From positions 246,390,001-246,454,000 of the forward strand of contig NC_086097.1 in the NCBI RefSeq assembly GCF_963921235.1: a stretch of 64,000 bases of DNA, given 5' to 3'. The stretch comes from Mobula hypostoma (taxonomy: Eukaryota). The notes beneath the pieces were generated by a model. The model was not told where the DNA came from. It was given only the letters and a program-made list of their open reading frames with translations, and made no database searches. Shown here in pieces: positions 47,491-60,359 of this stretch (positions within the stretch are counted from its first letter, which is position 1; every line of letters begins with the position of its first letter). The translations under genes were made by a program, and so were the position numbers.

Positions 47491-47896
47491 TCATATCAAA
47501 CACAATGATCTGACAAACATGACGTATGCAAACCCCTTTACACTCTTAGTCGACTGTTTATTCTCCTCTATAGATGCTGCCTGAACCTGCTGGGTCCCTG
47601 CAGCATTTTGTGAGTGTTACTCTTAATGCAGCTATGGATCCAGTCATGCCACCATGCTATTTCACTGACGCAATGCAGAGAGTGTTATCCCCCACTCTCA
47701 TGTCATCCTCCTATTGAATAGAATAGTGCAGCGTTCAGCCCATGATGTTTTGCAAACCTTATAAGCACTCAAAGACCAATCTAACCCTTCCCTCCTACAC
47801 ACCCCTCCATTTATCAACCATCCATGTGCCTATATAAGTGTTTCTAAAATGTCCCTAATGTATCTGCCACCATGCCTGGCAGCACATTCCACACAT

Positions 47897-48716
47897 GTGC
47901 TACAGCTGGAGCTAAACAATAACTCCTTTGCTAGCAACTTTGGAAACAGCTCTATTTCCATCTTTGATACTCTTTTTTACTTGTTCAAGGTTCTTTTGAA
48001 GACCCTGACCTGGAGTTACACTCTGACTTCAGTTCTTTGCGGGAATGGGACCTGCTCTCAGGGCCTCACAACCAGCCGCTTTCTGATATCCCAAAACACG
48101 GCCTGGAAGATTAGCGTGCCTTCAGGGTGTCAGATTTTCGTGGCTCCGGAGAGGGGCTGATTCCAGGCCAGTGCCCCTGACTGAGGCGTCACAGGAGAAC
48201 ATGGAACATTAGGAGCAGCAGGTTAGCTACCATAGGCTGTGTGTCCAGAGGCTTGAGCCTTTCTGGGGCCGGCTCTCTGAGCTCAGAGCTCAGAAAAAGC
48301 GACACAATAGACTTTTAACATCATAAATCAGCGAGCTATATGTTATGTCTCCTCTTTCACTGTGAAACGGAGACATCTCTTTTTTCCTTATTAGGGGGAG
48401 ACAGAGAGAGAGAGCCTGTGGTATGTTGATTACTGGGTGAACAAGTAGTCTTTGGGGTAATGCAAGTCTGTGCCTTTATTGATGCTTTGCTTGAGAGCTC
48501 GGTGGGGGGGCACCGATGTTTTTTTGCCAATGGGGTGCCGTCGTTGCCTTGCTACTGCTTGTGTGTGGGAGGGGCTTTTGGATTCTAATGTTTAACAGTC
48601 ATTCATTCTTTGGGGCACTCCTCTGTTTTCGTGGATGTTTGCAAAGAAAAAGATTTCAGGACGTATGCTGCACCCATTTCTCTGACATTCAATGTACCCA
48701 TTCAACCTTATTGAAA
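47897..48716 (+). repeat. Unclassified ~820-bp insertion inside a CR1 3' end
   Basis: The CR1 is interrupted after CACATTCCACACAT and resumes at ACATCCACCACTCTCTG. Confidence 0.5.
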
Positions 48717-49120
48717 ACATCCACCACTCTCTGTGCAATAAAAACTTACCTCTGACAATAGCTCCTAGACCTTCCTCCAATCACCTTAAAATTATGCCCC
48801 CTTGTACTTGCCATTTCCTCTCTGGGAAGAAGTCTCTGGCTATTCACTTGATTATTGAATTTTAACATCTTGTACACCTCTATCAAGTCACCTCGCATTC
48901 TCCTTTGCTCCAAAGAGAAAAGCCCTAGCTCACTCATCTTAAACAGATTAGACATGCTCCCTAAGCCAGGCAGTGTCCTGGCAAATCTCCTCTGCACCCT
49001 CTCTAAAGCTTGCACATGCTTTCCATAATGAGATAACCAGAACTGAACACAATATATCAAGTGTGGCCTAACCAGGGTTTTATAGAGCTGCAACATTACT
49101 TCACAACCCTTGAATTCAAC
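48717..49120 (-). mobile_element. CR1 3' fragment
   Basis: ORF 48746..49150 LYKTLVRPHL.YCVQFW. Confidence 0.85.
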
Positions 49121-49696
49121 CTTCCGAATAAATCTCTGCTGAAGAAGCATTAACTTTATTTCTCACTCCACAAATGCTTCCTGACATGCTGAGTGACCCC
49201 GTTTTCTTAAATTTTCATTTCAGATTTCCAGCATCTGCTGGTTTTCTTTGCTTTTGAAATCAGATCTGTACTATGTAAGCAATTCTCTGCCTTTGTACTC
49301 AGAATTGCATGTTCTCATTGTTCCTCAAGACTGGCAAGCTTACAGAATCAGAATTAGATTTATTATCCAAAATATGTCATGAAATCTGTGATTTTGTGGC
49401 AGCAGTACAATGTAATACATAAAAATAACTATGTTACAATAAAAAATAAGTTGCAGTAAAGAAGAATATTGAGATAGTGTTCATCGACCATTCAGAAATC
49501 CGATGGCAGGGAGAGGGGGGAAGTCCCATTATCCACATGGAATCAAAATCAGTATATCATTGACCTATGTTGTGAATTTGTTGCTTTGTGGCAGCAATGT
49601 TTGTGGACTATTCACAAATCTGATGGCAGAGGAAAAGAAGCTGTCCTTCAAATGTTGCGTGCGAGTCTCCAGGCTTCTATACCTCCTCCCTGATGG

Positions 49697-50256
49697 CCTT
49701 CTTCTTCTTCTTCTCCGTCTTATTTTATGGTGGTTGGCACCCAGCTTAATGGTGCATTACCGCCACCTTCTGCTCCACAGTGTGCAATAGACTTACATTC
49801 CAAATTCCTTCACCCAATCTCTCTCCCTCTCTCTGTCTCTCTCACACACACACACATATCCTAACCTACACTTTATCCTCCCATTTTTGGCAATTCTAGT
49901 ACCCTATTCCTGCTTATCCATCATATCCTATAAAAAAAAACCCTGTACCCCTTAAGAAAGCTAAAAATACCCTAACCTGTGCTCTCTCACCCATGCCCAG
50001 CAATCCTTTTAATGTGAATTCCTGCACCCCTAATTCCCTTAGATTAATTCTCATCATCTCTCTCTGTATCCCATACTTCCTGCAACTCAGAACTACATGT
50101 TCTACCGACTCCTCTTCCTGACATCCCTCACACAATCCTGTCTGGTGTTTCCCTATTATTTTCAATGTTTTGTTTAATGCACAGTGCCCCAGCCTTAACC
50201 TAGTCCACACAGTTTCCTCTCTTCTGTATCCACTACCTACCCTAGTACCTGCAACA
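49697..50256 (-). mobile_element. Nimb/I-clade LINE 3' end
   Basis: TRLRLGH..CEGCQEEESVEHVVLSC (CCHC); (GAA)n tail; 14-bp TSD CTCCTCCCTGATGG 49683-49696 / 50257-50270. Confidence 0.85.
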
Positions 50257-52839
50257 CTCCTCCCTGATGGTAGTAATGAGAAGAGGGCATGTCCCAGAGA
50301 GTGAGGGTCTTTAATGATGGATGCCAAGTTCTTGAGGCACTGCCTTCTGAAGATGTCCTCGGCAGCCTCTTGCGATCCTGTCCACTGGCACCTCGACACC
50401 AGGTGGGATCAGAATGCTCCCACCGTACATCTCTAGAGCCAGAGATCGCCAGGCCAGGGGTAACCACCCTTTGTAAAGTCTGCATAAAATGACTTTGAGG
50501 AACAACTAGGTTGGGTTGATTTTCAAAATAAAATTTAATAACAAAACAAAATTTATCACACATACATCGATGCATATAGTGAAATGTGTTAACAACCAAC
50601 ACACACAAGGATGTGCTAGGGGCTGCCCACAAGTGTTGCCACACATTCCAGTGCCAACATAGCATTTCCACAACGCTCAGCAGAGCAACACAGAACACAA
50701 CAAGCAATAAAACAAGCCTCTTTCCTCCCTTCTTCCTACCCATACACACAGACAGTCCTCCAACTCCAGGACTGGCCTCTGGACATCTGGTCTCCAGGCT
50801 AGATAACAAAGTTTACATACCTGACAGTATCAAAAAACATGAGGGAATAAGTTTATCATCTTAATACTCAACTGGAGCACCACAGTAGTACTGTAGCAGC
50901 TAGTGTGATGCTAGTACAGCTCAGTGCATTGGAGTTTGCTGGTCAATTTCAGCTTCCTGTATAAGAAAGTTTGTATGTTCTTCACATGTGTGCGTGGGTT
51001 ACCTCTGGGTGCACTGGTTTCCTCCCGAATTTCAATATCACACTGTTAGTAGACCACATTGATGACCAGGTACTTAGGTGTACCTAATAAAGTGGCCACT
51101 AAGTATATGGTAACATTGCTCACGAGGACATTTTGACCCATGCTATTCTGCACTGAGATTATAGCTGTCAGAAACTTTTGCTTTACAGGCATGTCAGGCA
51201 AGGGTGAGTTGCAGTGTGGCCATAATCCATGTGGAAATGGAATGCACACATACTTCAGTACTGGGTATGGAAAGGGACTCATAACATGTAAAATATGTGT
51301 GAGCAATGTCAGTATTTATTTATTTAGAGATACAGGCCCTTCCGGTCCACCGAACTGCACCACCCAAAGCAACCCAAAGAATTAACCCCATCCTAATCAC
51401 AGGACAATTTACAATGACTAATTAACCTACATTGCTTGTACACATCTGGAAAGCGCTATAGGGCTATTAAAACAAAAGCTTCACGTCACCTTAAAAGTTT
51501 CTTCCCCCTGGCAATTAATCTGATCAACCATTCCAGTTAGCTTCCACACCAGCCCCCTCTATTTATTACCCCTGTCACTGCACTGGACTGTAAACACTTT
51601 AAACCATGCTTTGTAATGCAGCTTACCTTGTAAATACATGCTGATATTTATGAATGGATGCACATTTCATTCCATATCTGAATTTTAACTTCTAACTTTA
51701 ATTTTTATATAATTCTTTGTACTTTAGAATTGTTGAATGCTGTTTTTTAGTTGCACGTCATGCCCTGACCGACACACCAAGCAAATTTCTAATTCATGTA
51801 AATGTACATAGTGAGTAAAGTTGATCCTTGATCCTTGCTAAAATGTAAGGTTACTTGAGGGGGAGAAAAATCATAGAAATAAACTTAAAGCTTTCTGCAG
51901 AAGAGAATGGAGGGTGCTTCAATTAATGTTATAATGTCAAGCTTTGGGATTGAAGCATAAGATTAAACACTGTGCAAATCAAATAGCACGGGGACAGATG
52001 ATACTGTCTAATTCTAGAACCACTGGCAAGAATAGTTCAAACACAATCCACCTTGCATTTCACATACAGAGTTGTACAGCAGAGACAGGCCCTTCAGCCC
52101 ATCGCATCCATGCTGAGCGACAAGTATCCATCTATACTAACCCCATTAATCAGCTCTTGATCCAGATTCTGAAAATTCTCACCATTTTGATAAAACACAG
52201 GGCAGGAACAGATCTTTTGGCCAACAATATTGTATCAAATAAAAGATAAAAAAGATCGTTTTAGAAGATTAGATTTATTTGTCATATGAATATCGAAAAA
52301 TCAAAACAAATGGTGAAATATATCATTTGAATCAACAACCAATGCAGTCCGAGGATGTGATGAGGGCAGCTTACGAGTGTCACCATGATTCCAGCACCAA
52401 ATAGCCTGCCTACAACCTACTAACCCTAAACCATACGTCTTTGGAATGAGGGAGGAAACTGGAGCACCTGGAGGAAACCCACATTGTCATGGGGAAAATG
52501 TAGAAATTCCGAACAGACAGTGGCGGGAATTAAACACCAACTTTACAGCAGTAGCAGTAAAACATTACACTATCAAATTGCTACCATGTATTTAAATGCC
52601 CAACTAAACTACTTCCTTCTGCCTACACATGTCCATATCTTTCCATTTTCCTCACACTCATGTAATTATTTAAGAGTCCCTTAAATGCCTCTATCAAATT
52701 TGCCTCCAACAACACCCCAGGCAGCACATACCAGACGCCCACCACTCTCTGTGTAAAAGACTTGGCCCATACATCTCCTTTGAATTTACCTCCTCTCACC
52801 ATTAATGCATACCTTCTGGTATTAGACATTTCAATCCTA

Positions 52840-53570
52840 TTGCGTTAGGATGTGTGCTTAGCCCACTGCTCTACTTTCTCAATACACATGACTGTGAGGC
52901 AAGGCACAGCTCAAGTGTCATCTATAAATTCACTGATGACACCACTGCTGTTGTAGAGCCTTAGACAGCGATGAGGAGATGTACAGCAGTGAGATAGATT
53001 GGCTGGTTGAGTGCTGTCGCAACATCAACCTCATGATCAACCACGATCAAGGAATTGATTGTGGACTTCAGGAAGAAGTCAGGAGAACACATACCAGTCC
53101 TCATTGAGGGATCAGTGGTGGAAAGAATGAGCAGCTTCAAGTTCCTGAGTATCTTCATCTCAGAAAACAAACTCCGACAAAGACATTGATGCAATTACAA
53201 AGAAGGCACACCAGTGGCTCTACTGCATTTCTATTTATGACTTATAATTTAAATTTTTAACATTTACTAATTTTAACTATTTTAAATATTTTTAATATTT
53301 AATATTTGTAATCCAGGGAGTGTAAAGCGCAGAATCAAATATTGCTGTGATGATTGTACGTTCTAGTACCAATTGTTTAGCGACAATAAAGTATAAAGTA
53401 TAAAAGTAAAGTAAAAGCATTGAGCGTTTGAGGAGATTTGCTATGTCTCTGGATTCTTGCAAACTTCCACAGATGCACAGTGGAGAGTATTCTGACTAGT
53501 TGTATCACAGCCTGATACAGAGGCTCCAATGCTCCAGACTGAAAGAGGCTACAGAGGGGATAACGAGTGA
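52840..53570 (+). mobile_element. Rex1/Babar-like RT fragment with a nested tail
   Basis: GCVLSPLL..YKFTDDT..KELIVDFRK. Confidence 0.8.
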
Positions 53571-54025
53571 CATCATTCAAGATTCAATATCATTTATTAT
53601 CAATCTTCAGTGCACGAGTGCAAAGGAGAACAAAATGACCTGATGCAGCAGAAAAAGCAATAACAAAAGACACTGCCAGCCCTCTCCACCTCTACCCACA
53701 GCCCCCCCCCCCACCGCCAAGACAATAACACAGTTCAGGGAATCATGTCAGCAAAGTTCTCATGCCACCTGGAAATGAAATTCTCTTCACGCTGCAACCA
53801 TCAGGCAGGAGGTACAGAAGACATAGGTCCCATGCCACCAGTTTTAGGAAAAGTTATTGCCCTCAAACTGAATCAGCGCGAATAACAACACTCAACTCAA
53901 CACTAAACTGATTCCATGACCTATGGACTCACTTTCAATGACTCTACAGCACATGTTAGCAATATTTATTTACTTATTTATTTATGTATGTATGTATTTA
54001 CTTATTTGTATGTATTTATTTATTT

Positions 54026-55290
54026 AAGACCATAAGACATAGGAGCAGAATTAGGTCATTTGGCCCATTGAGTCTGCTCTGCCATTTAATCATGGCTGAT
54101 GCTTATTTTTCTCCTCCTCAACCCCAGTTCCCAGCCCTCTCCCCATAACTTTTGATGCCATATCCAGTCAAGAACCTATCGGTCTCTGCCTTAAATACAC
54201 CCAATGACCTGGCCTCCACAGCAGCATGTGACAACAAATTCCACAAATTCACCATCCTTTGACTAGAGTAATTTCTCCGCATCTCTGTTTTGAAAGGGCG
54301 ACCCTCTATCCTGAGGCTGTGCCCTCTTGTCCTAGAGTCTCCCACCATGGGAAACATCCTTTCCACGTCTACTCTGTCTAGGCCTTTCAACATTCAAAAG
54401 GTTTCAATGAGATCCGCCCTCATCCTTCTGAATTCCAGCGAGTACAGACCCAAGCCATCAAACGTTCCTTGTATGATAACGCTTTCATTCCTGGAATCAT
54501 CCTTGTGAACCTCCTCTGGATCCTCTCCAATGCCAGCACACCTTTTCTAAGATGAGGGGCCCAAAGCTGTTCACAATACTCAAGGTGAAGCCTCACCAGT
54601 GCCTTATAAAGTCTCAGCATCACATCCTTGCTCTTGTATTCTAGACCTCTTGAAATGAATGTTAACATTACATCTGCCTTCCTTACCAGTGACTCAACCT
54701 GCAAGTTAACCTTTAGGGTGTTCTGCACAAGGATTCCCAAGTCCCTCTGCATCTCAGAGTTTTGGATTTCCTCCCCTTTTAGAAAATAGTCTGCACACTT
54801 ATTTCTACTACCAAAGTGCATGACCATGCATTTTCCAACATTGTATTTCATTTGCCACTTTCTTGCCCATTCTCCTCATCTGTCTAAGTCCTTCTGCATC
54901 CTACCTGTTTCCTCAACACTACCTGCCCCTCCACCAATCTTCGTATCATCTGCAAAATTGGCAACAGAGCCATCTACTCCATCATCCAAATCATTTATAT
55001 ACAGCATAAAAAGAAGTGGTCCCAACACTGACCCCTGCGAAACACCACTAGTCACTGGCAGCCAACCAGAAAAGGATCCTTTTATTCCCACTCATGGCCT
55101 CCTACCAATCAGCTAATGTTCTAACCATGTTAGTAACTCTCCTGTAATACCATGGGCTCTTAACTTGGTAAGCACCATCTGTGGCACCTTGTCAAAGGCC
55201 TTCTGAAAGTCCAAATATACAATATCCACTGCACCCCCTACTGTATTCTACTTGTAATCTCCTCAAAGAATTCCAACAGGTTTGTCAGGC
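54026..55290 (-). mobile_element. CR1 3' 1.3 kb
   Basis: [21 protein letters not shown]; ORFs 54420..54851 and 54118..54393. Confidence 0.92.
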
Positions 55291-55431
55291 TGTTTGTTTA
55301 TTTACGCGTTTGCATTTGCACTATTTCTTGTTTTTGCACATTGGTTGTTTGTCCGTCTTTGTTTGTGTGCAGTTTGTCATTGTGTTTCTTGGTACTTACT
55401 AGGAATATCCACAAGAAAATGAATCTCAGGT

Positions 55432-56246
55432 CAGTAGAGTAGTTTATGGTTAATTGGGATACATCGGGACCAGTGCATTTTGGCCTAATTAAGTAGCTGC
55501 TACAATTAGCCTAAGTTTCATTGAACTAATTAAAAAACATATTAAAAAACTGAGTAACAAAATATGTATTTAAATAAAATACAGAAAAATTCGAACTAGG
55601 AAACTACTAATACTACTAGAGAACTATAAAACAGTGTATTAGTTGCTAATAGGTATTGACGGAGAAATCCATCCAGTCTATGCTCCCGTGTTCTTTTAAT
55701 TGACTCTAAATGAACAAAATCAGCGTAGACAGCCTTTATACAATCTTTTCGATGACTGCACACTCCAAATCTTCATTTTCATTGTAACCTGCGAGATGAC
55801 TATTGATATCTTCAAATTCTTCATAATTCCTAACTTGTTGAAGTAGAGAAATTGATTCATTTTCACTCCTGGCCATTTCTGACATCTCCAAGCTTGTAAG
55901 CTAGAAACCACCATGAGCAAAACAGTCTGAATTCCCTTAACTCTTATTTCTTGCCAACTGTCACTGAAAAAAATCACTGCTTTTGGAACACAAACACAAA
56001 TAACTGATGCTATTTAAAAACTGTTCACTTTAAGCATAGTGTAGTATCTAACAGCCACTCAAGTGCACACGACTGATGCTAGTTAGAAAATATTTAGCAA
56101 CATCTCTTGCTCCAATTAAGCAGCAGTGTCCGAAATAAATGAAGTGAATCCCAGCAATTTTTTTCAATTAGCTTTGTTCTTTGAGAGTTGTCCCAAATAA
56201 GTGGCCGCTCTGATTAACCGATAGCCAAATTAATAGGAATCCACTG
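55432..56246. mobile_element. Tigger/pogo-like non-autonomous DNA transposon
   Basis: Right end AATTAATAGGAATCCACTG-TA; degenerate left end CAGTAGA..TTAATTGG; sub-terminal CCAATTAA repeats. Confidence 0.5.
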
Positions 56247-57239
56247 TATAAGGTAATGTATATGTACTTCAATTTCTTTTTAAATTTGAAATTTGAACTG
56301 CAGGTCAATAAAGTAAGAAGCTATCTTCAGTAATCTTGTTTTCTGCTTCTAAGTGTACACCTACACAATTGCTTATAAATGGAAATATCTAAACAGCCAA
56401 TCATGGGGCAGCAACTCAATGCGCAAAAGCATGCAGACATGGTCAAGAGGTTCAGTTATTGTTCAGACCAAACATCACGTTAAAGAAGAAATGTGATCTA
56501 AGTGATTTTGACTGTAGAGTAATTGTTGGCACCAGACAGGATGGTTTGAGTATCTCAGAAACTTCTGATCTCCTGGCATTTTTATGCACAATAGTCTCTT
56601 GAGTTTACAGAGGATGGTGCAAAAAACAATAAACATCCAGTGAGTGGCAGTTCTGTGGGTGTAAACACCTTGTTAATGAGAGAGGTCAGAGGAGAATGGT
56701 CTGACTGGTTCAAACTGAAGGAAGGTGACAGTAACTCAAATAACCATGAGTTACAACTGTTTTGTACAGAAGAGGATCTCTGAAGCATAACATGTTGAAC
56801 CTGGAAGTGGACAGGCTACAGCAACAGAGGACCACCAACATACTCTCAGTGACCAATTTATCAGGCACAGGAGGGACCAAATCAAGTGGCCACTGAATGC
56901 ATGGTAACATATACATACTTTAAAAATAAATTTACTTTGAACTTTGAGGAATGTTACCCAGGGTTAATTACTTCATTCAAATTTGGATGGAAACTGCAAA
57001 GGCATACAAACATTATATCACAGAGGATTCAGGTCTCCTCCAAGCGAATACTTAATTTGTCATGAGCCACTCTACAGTTGAGAAAACATGAGCCGTCTGC
57101 CAAACACTTTAATTAAAATGAGAAGTCCTCAACGGCAAATAGACGAGGGTAAAGAAAGACACTCCATCACCTGGACATCTGCAGTTACTCAAACTTCACT
57201 CTTTGTAGGGTGATCAAAAACATTTGCCGTTTCTTTGTA

Positions 57240-57431
57240 GCAACACACATCAAAGTTGCTGGTGAACGCAGCAGGCCAGGCAGCATCTCTAGGAAGAGAT
57301 GCAGTCGACGTTTCAGGCCGAGACCCTTCGTCGACTGCACCTCTTCCTAGAGATGCTGCCTGGCCTGCTGCGTTCACCAGCAACTTTGATGTGTGTTGCT
57401 TGAATTTCTAGCATCTGCAGAATTCCTGTTG
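57240..57431. mobile_element. Second fold-back Penelope-like mini-insertion with a 17-bp TSD
   Basis: 71-bp arms 57240-57310 / 57329-57399 with one mismatch; TSD TTTGCCGTTTCTTTGTA 57223-57239 / 57432-57448. Confidence 0.92.
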
Positions 57432-58199
57432 TTTGCCGTTTCTTTGTAATTTTTTTCTGATAAGAGAAAGGGAAAACATACTGATATTGGCAGGGCTCTG
57501 GCTCAAAGCCTCACTGGGGGAAATCATGGTTAAGATCACATTAAGGAAACACAAATTCTCAATTCAAGGAGCTCCATTGTTGGGGGAAGAAATATGACAG
57601 GGTTTTTGAATCTTTACTGATGCACATGTCAAGCCTCAGATATACCTGAAATTGTTTTTTTCACCCTTGTTAAAATGTGCAACTTTTTCAAATGCTGCTT
57701 GAGCATTAAAAATCAGTCCTGTGATCTCTGAGTGACCAGCTTGTTAGGAGTAGGTTTACTTATGTAAGAATTTCTTCAAAAGGTGATGCCTCAGGGAGGA
57801 GGCATCCATCACGGAGGACCCTTATTGTCCAGAACGTGCCCCCTACACATTGCTACCATCAGGGAGGAGATTCAGGAGCTTGAAGACACACACGCGATAT
57901 TTCAAAAACAGCTGCATCCCCTCCACTTGTAATGATCAATAAACCAATTGTTTGCAATGAAATAACCTTGCCTGTTATTTCAGGGCTGGGCGTAACTGCA
58001 CCTGTGCCACCCCCTGCCCCTGGTACTCCTTCTCTGCCAAGTGTCCCACGCCCCTTCAGCGGTGCTCCACCCTCTCTAATCTTAATATCTTTGCTTCTGC
58101 CGGATTTACAAGTATGCTCTCTGCTCCACATTGACAAATACAGTGCTGTGCAAAAGTGTGAGTGTGTGCGATTAAGACTTTTTGCACGGTATTGTATGT

Positions 58200-59900
58200 G
58201 AAAATCAGAGGATGGCTAGAGTAAGGGTAAGGCCGATCAGGGATAGTAGAGGAAATATGTAACTAGAGATGGAAGAGGTAGCGGAGGTCCTTTGGTGAAT
58301 ACTTTGCTTCAGTATTCAGTAGTGAGACGGACCTTGACATTTGTGAGGACAGCTTTAAATAGGCAGATATGATTGTACATGTTGATGTTAAGAAAGAGAT
58401 GCTCTAGAATCTTTGACAAATATTAGGACGGATAAGCCCCTGAGGCTAGATGGGATATACCCCAGGTAACTATGGGAAGTGAGGGAAAAGATTGCTGTGC
58501 CTTTGGCAAATGAACTTTGCATCCACTCTGGCCACACAAGTAGTACAAAAGATTTGGAGTATGGCAAATGTTAATTCATTGTTCAAGAAAAGGAGTAGAG
58601 ATAACCGTGGGAATTATAGACCAGTGAGTCTTACTCCTGTATGTGCAAATTATTACAGAAGATTCTTAGAGATACAATTGATGAGCATTTGGAGTGGCAT
58701 TGTCTGATTAGGGATAGTCAGCATGGTTTTATGAGGGGCAGATCATGCCTCAATAGCCTGATTGAATTCCTTGAGGAAGCGCCAAAGCACATTGACGAAG
58801 ATAGAGCAGTGGATGTGGTGTATATGGATTTTAGTAAGGTGTTTGATAAGGTTCCCCAAGGCTCATTCAGAAAATCAGGAAACATCGGATCCAGAGAAAC
58901 TTGGCTATATGGATTCAGATTGGTTTTCCCATAGAAGACAGAGGATGCTAGTCAATCAAGCATATTTTGCCTGGAGATTGGTGATCAGTTCTGCAAGGAT
59001 CTGTTCTGGGATCCCTACTCTTTGAGATTTTTATAAATGGCTTGAATGATGAAGTTGAAAGGCGGATTAGTAAGTGTGCAGATGATAATGAAGATTTGTG
59101 GAGTTGTGGATCGTATAAAAGGTTGGCGTAGGTTACAACAGGACATTGACAAAGTGCAGCGCTGGGCTGAGCAGTGGCAGATGGAGTTCGACCTGAAGAA
59201 GTATGAAGTGAATCATTTTGGAAAGTTGAATTTGAAGGCAGAATACAAGGTTAATGGCAGGATTCTTGGAAGTGTGGAGCAACAGAGGGATCTTGAGTGC
59301 CATGTCTATAGATCCCTCCAAGTTGCCGCATACATTGATAGGATTGTTAAGAAGGCTTTCATTTGTTAATGAATAAGTTCAATAGCCATAAGGTAATGTG
59401 ATAGCTCTATAAAACCCTGGTTAGACCACATTTTGGAATATCGTTTTCGGTTCTAGTCACCTCATCATAGGAAGGATGTTAGAGAGGGTTCAAAGGTAAT
59501 TTACCAGGATGTTGCTCTTATGCAGATAGGTTGACTGAGCTCAGGCTTTTCTCTTGGGGGCACAGGAGGATGAGAGATGACTTGATAGAGACATAGGTCA
59601 AATGAATGGCCAGAGACTTTTCCTCAGGGCTATAATGGCTAACGCAAAGGGGTATAATTTTAAGTTGATTGGAGGAAAGTACGAGGTGGATATCAGAAGT
59701 AAGTTTCTAACACAGGATTGGCGGTAGAGGCAGATACAGTAGGGGCAGGTAAGAAACTCTTAGATAGGCACATGGATGACAGAGAAATGGAGGGCTATGT
59801 GGGAGGAACGGGTTAGGTTTATCTTAGAGTAGGTTAAAAGGTCGGCACAACATTGTGGGCTGAAGGGCCTATACTGTGCTGAGGAGTTTTATGTTCTAGT
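58200..59900 (+). mobile_element. CR1 3' 1.7 kb, degenerate
   Basis: NYRPVSLT, SQHGFMRGRSC, MDFSKVFDKVP. Confidence 0.88.
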
Positions 59901-60359
59901 TCTATCGCACACACTTTTCGTCAGCAACAAACTACCTACTGGAGAAACTTAGCAGATCGAGCAGCATCTGTAAGAGGAATGGAATTGTTTGCGACTTGGC
60001 TGCTTGGATTTGGGTGGGAAGGGGGTGAGGAAGTCCAGAATGATCTTTGGCTGCCTGGAAGAGATGTACTATACTTTTCGTCAAGTCCTTAGCATCCAAC
60101 ATCTACGTGCTTTAGCCGGACCACTGCCTTGCTTCATCTCCAGTTTGGTTATTCAGTTTTCCTTTCTGCCCAGCCCAAGGTTCACATTTCTGATGAAATT
60201 CAAATTCTAAAATTATTCAGGGTATATTGTTGGGCTACATTACAACCTAGTTATTTTATTTCTGACATTCTTACATTGCTGCTGTGGTTTACAGAAACTC
60301 ACTTTTAGCACAAAGATGTATTCTGTGGAGAGAAGACAGTTGTTTTTAAGAATAAGACC

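Noticed and set aside
49914..50809. 161-aa and 190-aa minus-strand ORFs
   Set aside because: Chimeric read-through of Nimb, Rex1 and SINE-tail fragments.
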